A DNA stretch of 32,000 bases, from NCBI RefSeq assembly GCF_001457615.1, contig NZ_LN831024.1:3720001-3752000 (forward strand), in the 5' to 3' direction. The notes beneath the pieces were generated by a model. It was not told the origin of the DNA. It ran no database searches and saw only the letters and a program-made list of their open reading frames with translations. Origin of the DNA: Pseudomonas aeruginosa (lineage in GTDB: Bacteria; Pseudomonadota; Gammaproteobacteria; Pseudomonadales; Pseudomonadaceae). Numbering within the stretch: the stretch's first letter is position 1; every line of letters starts with the position of its first letter. A program made the translations under genes and the position numbers. Positions 27,984-32,000 of this stretch are shown here, in pieces.

Positions 27984-29651
27984 TCATTCGTGCCAGAGCA
28001 CGGCCTCGCGGCGTTCCACCCATTCGTGGAAGCGCGAGCCATAGGCACCTTCCACCATATTGCGCTTGATCTTCAAGGTCGGCGTGAGGAAACCGTTGTC
28101 CACCGCCCAGGTTTCCTGCACCAGGACCAGGCCGACCAGGCGCTCGTGCTTGTCAAGCGCACCGTTGACCTGTTCCAGGTGCGCCCGCAGGCTGCTTTCC
28201 AGCGCCCCGCGGGTCCCGTTGAGGGCCTCCCGGCGACCGACCTCGGAGAGCACGCAGAGCCCCAACGGCGCGCTGAGGCCCTCGCCGACCACGCAGACCT
28301 GCTCGATGCGATCGTGTACCGCCAGGCGGTTCTCGATCGGCGCCGGCGCCACGTACTTGCCCTTGCTGGTCTTGAAGATTTCCTTCATCCGCCCGGTCAG
28401 GCGCAGGTTGCCTTCGGCGTCCTGCTCGCCCTTGTCGCCGGTGCGCAGGAAACCGTCGGCGGTGAGCACCTCGGCGGTCTTCTCCGGCTCCTTGTAGTAG
28501 CCGACCATGGTCGCGCCGCTACGCACCTGCACCTCGCCCTCGTCGCTGATGCGTACCTCGACGCCGGGGCTGTTCTGGCCGATCCAGCCGGTCTTCTGCC
28601 TGCCGGGCCGGCAGACGTGGGAGTAACCGCTGTTCTCGGTCATCCCGTAGACCTCGAGCACATCCAGGCCCAGGCGGCGATACCAGAGCAGCAGCGCCTC
28701 GGGTACCGGCGCCGCGCCGCAGAGCGCGTAGCGCACCGCGTCCAGGCCTAGCCCGGCGAGCACCTTGCGACCGACGATGCGGCCGAGGATCGGCAGCTTC
28801 AGCAGGCGGTCGAGCTTCTGCGCCGGCATCTTCGAATACACCCCCATCTGGAACTTGGTCCAGATGCGCGGCACGCCGAACAGCAGGGTCGGCCGCGCAC
28901 GCTTCATGTCCTCGACGAAGGTGTCCAGGCTTTCGGCGAAGAACACCGTGGTTCCCCCGTAGAGCGACCCCATCTCGACGAACATCCGCTCCGCCACGTG
29001 GCACAGCGGCAGGTAGGAGAGCATCCGGTCGTCTTCGCGGGTGCCGAACAGTTCCACGCCGCGGCTGGCGGCGAAGGCGAAACTGCTGAAGTTGTGCATC
29101 ACCCCCTTGGGCACGCCGGTGGTTCCGGAGGTGTAGATCAGGGTGGCGAGTTGCTCGGCGGCGGTCGGCGTGTCGCCTTCGAGCGGCGCGCAGGCCTGTA
29201 GGTCGCTCCACTGGCGGTCGAAACGCCCTTCCGGGTGCAACGGCATGGCCACGGTCGGTATGCCCTCGGGGACTCCGGGCGCCATCGCCGGCCAGTCGTC
29301 GAGCTTGCCGACGAAGACCACCGCCGACTCGGAATGCTCCAGCACCTGGCGCGCCGACTCGGCGGTGAGATTGGGATAGAGGGGGACGGAAACGTGCCCG
29401 GCCATCCAGATCGCCAGGTCAGTGACGATCCAGTGCGCACAGTTCTTCGAGATGATCGCGATACGGCTGCCGGCGGGGAGATCCAGGCTGCGCAACCAGG
29501 CGGCTGCACGCCGCGCCTGGTCGCCCACCTCGCCCCAGCTCAGCTCCTCGACCCGGCCGCCACCGATGGGCTGCACCAGGTAACGCCGTTGCGGATGACG
29601 CTTTTCGCGCTCGAAGAAGACTTCGAGCGGCAGACGATTTGCAGTGACCAC
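27984..29651 (-). CDS. AMP-dependent acyl-CoA synthetase/ligase (long-chain fatty-acid-CoA ligase-like)
   Basis: It has the adenylate-forming motifs YTSGTTGVPKGV, LRTGDKG and SKGKYVAP. I prefer the GTG at 29651 (555 aa), with GGAGG 6 nt upstream, over the track TTG at 29690. I believe this PAO1 locus has been discussed as one of the extra fadD homologues, but that is unverified recollection. Confidence 0.9.
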   Translation of the reverse strand: MVTANRLPLEVFFEREKRHPQRRYLVQPIGGGRVEELSWGEVGDQARRAAAWLRSLDLPAGSRIAIISKNCAHWIVTDLAIWMAGHVSVPLYPNLTAESARQVLEHSESAVVFVGKLDDWPAMAPGVPEGIPTVAMPLHPEGRFDRQWSDLQACAPLEGDTPTAAEQLATLIYTSGTTGVPKGVMHNFSSFAFAASRGVELFGTREDDRMLSYLPLCHVAERMFVEMGSLYGGTTVFFAESLDTFVEDMKRARPTLLFGVPRIWTKFQMGVYSKMPAQKLDRLLKLPILGRIVGRKVLAGLGLDAVRYALCGAAPVPEALLLWYRRLGLDVLEVYGMTENSGYSHVCRPGRQKTGWIGQNSPGVEVRISDEGEVQVRSGATMVGYYKEPEKTAEVLTADGFLRTGDKGEQDAEGNLRLTGRMKEIFKTSKGKYVAPAPIENRLAVHDRIEQVCVVGEGLSAPLGLCVLSEVGRREALNGTRGALESSLRAHLEQVNGALDKHERLVGLVLVQETWAVDNGFLTPTLKIKRNMVEGAYGSRFHEWVERREAVLWHE

Positions 29652-29662
29652 GTACCGCCTCC

Positions 29663-29674
29663 GTTGTTGTTGTT
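29663..29674 (-). promoter_or_regulatory. (AAC)4 tract abutting the ligase Shine-Dalgarno; candidate Hfq/Crc (A-R-N repeat) site
   Basis: The reverse strand reads CAGAACAACAACAACGGAGGCGGTACGTG. Four AAC triplets lie directly 5' of GGAGG. This contains the AAnAAnAA catabolite-activity motif. Confidence 0.45.
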
Positions 29675-29682
29675 CTGGGAGA

Positions 29683-29706
29683 TCGACCAAGCACTTGCTT
29701 GGTCGA
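29683..29706. promoter_or_regulatory. Inverted repeat with 11-bp perfect arms (TCGACCAAGCA-CT-TGCTTGGTCGA)
   Basis: The arms at 29683-29693 and 29696-29706 are exact reverse complements separated by 2 bp. The repeat lies in the 126-nt sixA-ligase spacer and touches the candidate -10. Confidence 0.55.
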
Positions 29707-29734
29707 ATATTCCATCACAGCCAACCGCAGGCAA
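29706..29734 (-). promoter_or_regulatory. Candidate sigma70 promoter for the ligase-thioesterase genes (TTGCCT-17 bp-AATATT)
   Basis: On the reverse strand: TTGCCT (29734-29729), an exact 17-bp spacer, then AATATT (29711-29706). Pattern match only. Confidence 0.35.
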
Positions 29735-29777
29735 GCCGGGAAATGTTTCGGTTTGTAGTCGTTGTGCCAGGCGCTTC

Positions 29778-30242
29778 CTAGCCGTGCCGCGGGTGATGCA
29801 GCGAGACCAGGGTCATCAGCCCGGCGGCGGCGAAGTCGCCTTCCAGCTCGGCCAGCGAGGCAGTGCTCATCGGCAACGGATCGCGCCGGTTGCCATGCAC
29901 CAGCAGACCGCCCAGCGCCCCGACCAGGGGCTGGTGGCTGACCAGCAGGAGATTGCGCTCGCTGCGCTCGTCGAGGAAACCGAGCACCTCGCGCGGATCG
30001 TCGTCGGGGGTCAACCAGGGCGCGGTGCCGACCGGCTCGACCAGGCCCAGTGCCTCGCGCACCAGCTCGGCGGTCTGCTGGGCGCGCACGTAGGGGCTGG
30101 CGAGAATCCCGTCCAGCGGCAACCCGGCCAGCCGCGCGGCGCTCTGCAGCACCTCCTTGCGTCCATGGGCGGTCAGGCGCCGCTCGGAATCCCGGCTGGC
30201 GTGCGGTTCGGCCTCGCCGTGGCGCAACAGCCAGAGTTTCAC
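29778..30242 (-). CDS. sixA: Phosphohistidine phosphatase SixA
   Basis: 154 aa. (V/M)KLWLLRHGEAEP contains the RHG catalytic motif of the histidine phosphatase superfamily, and the size is typical of SixA. The GTG start at 30242 overlaps the upstream stop (GTGA). Confidence 0.88.
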   Translation of the reverse strand: MKLWLLRHGEAEPHASRDSERRLTAHGRKEVLQSAARLAGLPLDGILASPYVRAQQTAELVREALGLVEPVGTAPWLTPDDDPREVLGFLDERSERNLLLVSHQPLVGALGGLLVHGNRRDPLPMSTASLAELEGDFAAAGLMTLVSLHHPRHG

Positions 30243-30580
30243 AACTTCGGCTCTTCGTCGCGCGCCGGGTGCGCGGCGGGCGGCACGCTGTGGGCGGCCT
30301 CGCCCTCGGCGGCGCGGGCGCTCGGCCAGTCGGCGAACGGCCAGGGTTTCTCGTCGCTGTGGAAGGTACCGAAACGGCCGATCTGCGCCAGGTACTGGCT
30401 GAGGCTGTCGCCGAAAGCCATCAGGCTGCCGTTCGGCGCGCCGTAGATCAGTCGGTAGACCAGTTGGATCACCACCACCGCCCCGAGGAGCAGTTCGGCG
30501 ACCTGCCAGACCAGGACGAACAGCAGCATCCAGAGGATGCGGATGGCGATCGATTCGCGTGCTTGCGGGTCTGCGGACAT
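30239..30580 (-). CDS. Small membrane protein of unknown function (I recall DUF4389 for homologues; unverified)
   Basis: 113 aa with an ATG start and GAGGAG upstream. Two hydrophobic segments (IAIRILWMLLFVLVWQVAELLLGAVVVIQLVY) are followed by a charged C-terminal tail. Confidence 0.75.
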   Translation of the reverse strand: MSADPQARESIAIRILWMLLFVLVWQVAELLLGAVVVIQLVYRLIYGAPNGSLMAFGDSLSQYLAQIGRFGTFHSDEKPWPFADWPSARAAEGEAAHSVPPAAHPARDEEPKL

Positions 30581-30593
30581 GGCGGTCTCCTCG

Positions 30594-31616
30594 TCAGAAG
30601 CCGGTGGTGGGAATGAAATCGACGTCGGTCTTCGGCTCGCCGCGCATCAGCAGCTGGATGACCTGCGCCAGGGTGCGGCCTTCGAAGAGGATCGCATGGA
30701 GACCGGCGACCAGCGGCATGTACACCTGCATCTCGTCGGACTTTTCCTTGAGTACCTTGAGAGTGTTCACACCCTCCGCGGTCTCGCCCATGCGCGATAC
30801 CGCCTCCTCCAGACTGAGCCCCTCGCCGAGGGCGTGGCCGACCTGGTAGTTGCGGCTCTTCGGCGAGGAACAGGTGACGATCAGGTCGCCGACGCCGGCG
30901 AGGCCGAGAAAGGTCATCGGGTTGGCACCGAGCTTGACGGCGAACCGGGTCATTTCCGCCAGCGCGCGGGTAATCAGCATGCTGCGGGTGTTCTCGCCCA
31001 TGTCCATCGCCGCGGCCAGGCCGGCCATGATCGCGTAGACGTTCTTCAGCGCACCGCCGAGTTCCACTCCGAAGCGGTCGCGGCTGGCGTAGACGCGGAA
31101 GGTGCGGCCGTGCAGGGCCGCCTGGACGCGGGCGCACAGCTCGTCGTCCTCGCTGGCGACCACCGTGGCGGTCAGCTCGTGCTCTGCGATCTCGCGCGCC
31201 AGGTTCGGGCCGGAAATCACCCCGATGCGGGCTTGCGGGGCGATTTCCTCGAGGATCTCACTCATCAGCTTGAAGGTGTGCGCCTCGATGCCCTTGGTCA
31301 GGCTCACCAGCAGCTTGTCCGTCAATGCCGCCTGATGTGGTTGCAGCACCTTGCGCAGGGCGCTGGAGGGCAAGGCGACGAAGATCAGTTGGCAATCGGC
31401 CAGGGTGCGCTCCAGGTCGGTGACCGGCTCGACCCCGGGATGCACCTTGACCCCTTTCAGGTAGCGCGGGTTCTCGCGTCGGCTGCGGATCGCCTCGGCC
31501 TGCTCCGGGTCGCGCATCCACTGGCGGACCGCCTGGCCGTTCTCGGCCAGCAGGTTGGCGATGGCGGTGCCGAAACTGCCGCCGCCGAGCACGGCAATCG
31601 GTTGCTGCTCTGTCAT
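30594..31616 (-). CDS. gpsA: NAD(P)H-dependent glycerol-3-phosphate dehydrogenase
   Basis: 340 aa. The N-terminal dinucleotide fold is [17 protein letters not shown], and the GpsA core motifs ([14 protein letters not shown]) are present. Confidence 0.95.
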   Translation of the reverse strand: MTEQQPIAVLGGGSFGTAIANLLAENGQAVRQWMRDPEQAEAIRSRRENPRYLKGVKVHPGVEPVTDLERTLADCQLIFVALPSSALRKVLQPHQAALTDKLLVSLTKGIEAHTFKLMSEILEEIAPQARIGVISGPNLAREIAEHELTATVVASEDDELCARVQAALHGRTFRVYASRDRFGVELGGALKNVYAIMAGLAAAMDMGENTRSMLITRALAEMTRFAVKLGANPMTFLGLAGVGDLIVTCSSPKSRNYQVGHALGEGLSLEEAVSRMGETAEGVNTLKVLKEKSDEMQVYMPLVAGLHAILFEGRTLAQVIQLLMRGEPKTDVDFIPTTGF

Positions 31617-31766
31617 GATTCATCCATTTCTGGCCGCCACGCGGCAATCACGCCATTATACGGTCGGCCAGCCGGCCGACCAGTCTTGACGCCGGCGCTG
31701 GCAAAAGCCCGCGCCTCGTTTACCATGCCCGGGCTAGACAATACCTATCGAGAACAAGGTCGTTCC

Positions 31767-32000
31767 GTGCCCATCGCTTCACGTGCTCCCGCCTCCCTGA
31801 CCCTGCTGGCCCTGCTGTTCGGCGGCAAGCTCGCGGCCGCCGACCTGTTCAACGATCCCAGCGGCGTTCCCGAAGTATTGACCGCGACACGCCTGAAACA
31901 ATCCCCGGCGGAAGTTCCCGGCAGCATCAGCGTGCTCGACCGCGAGCTGATCGTCGCCAGCGGCGCCCGCGACATTCCCGAACTGATGCGCCTGGTCCCG
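31767..32000 (+). CDS. TonB-dependent outer-membrane receptor, N-terminal fragment (continues past the right edge)
   Basis: The frame stays open to the window end: (V/M)PIASRAPASLTLLALLFGGKLAAADLFNDPSGVPEVLTATRLKQSPAEVPGSISVLDRELIVASGARDIPELMRLVP. This is a signal peptide followed by plug-domain sequence (TATR...PGS.SV..RE.I). The start is either the GTG at 31767 or the in-frame ATG at 31725. Confidence 0.75.
   Translation, partial: MPIASRAPASLTLLALLFGGKLAAADLFNDPSGVPEVLTATRLKQSPAEVPGSISVLDRELIVASGARDIPELMRLVP

Noticed and set aside
31737-31755. Fur-box-like sequence GACAATACCTATCGAGAAC upstream of the TonB-dependent receptor
   Set aside because: Only about half the positions match the GATAATGATAATCATTATC consensus as I remember it, and there is no dyad symmetry. 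This is too weak to call iron regulation.

Overview
High-GC chromosome with strong G/C bias at third codon positions. Gene content and order match my recollection of the Pseudomonas aeruginosa core genome around PA1613-PA1645, read in reverse; this is recognition from memory, not a search. I call 33 protein genes, 2 of them cut by the window edges. From left to right they are:
- a flavin reductase fragment and a GFA-family protein;
- the selD-selU selenium-utilisation pair;
- a small lipoprotein, a patatin-like lipase, a secreted protein of unknown function and a glutaminase;
- the complete kdpFABC-kdpDE potassium system;
- an IclR-associated beta-oxidation-like module (acyl-CoA dehydrogenase, enoyl-CoA hydratase, long 3-hydroxyacyl-CoA dehydrogenase);
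- a GntR regulator with a CynX-like MFS transporter;
- twelve minus-strand genes in a row: AI-2E-family permease, secreted protein of unknown function, YfcG-like GST, two alpha/beta hydrolases, LysE exporter, AraC regulator, hotdog thioesterase, acyl-CoA ligase, SixA, a small membrane protein and GpsA;
- the start of a TonB-dependent receptor.

I found no rRNA, tRNA, CRISPR, IS element, integrase, phage or recognisable defence genes. The only compositional anomaly is a 241-bp AT-rich divergent promoter. I do not see a convincing novel multi-gene system; this reads as ordinary core genome.

The most checkable leads are regulatory:
- an identical 18-bp dyad present twice in the iclR/hydratase promoter;
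- three helically phased TTTAYG repeats upstream of kdpF;
- a 28-bp near-perfect dyad between kdpC and kdpD;
- a promoter, an inverted repeat with 11-bp arms and an (AAC)4 tract stacked in front of the acyl-CoA ligase-thioesterase pair;
- a tightly coupled gpsA / small membrane protein / sixA unit.

The many long ORFs in the track that lie antisense to or out of frame with these genes are high-GC shadow ORFs.
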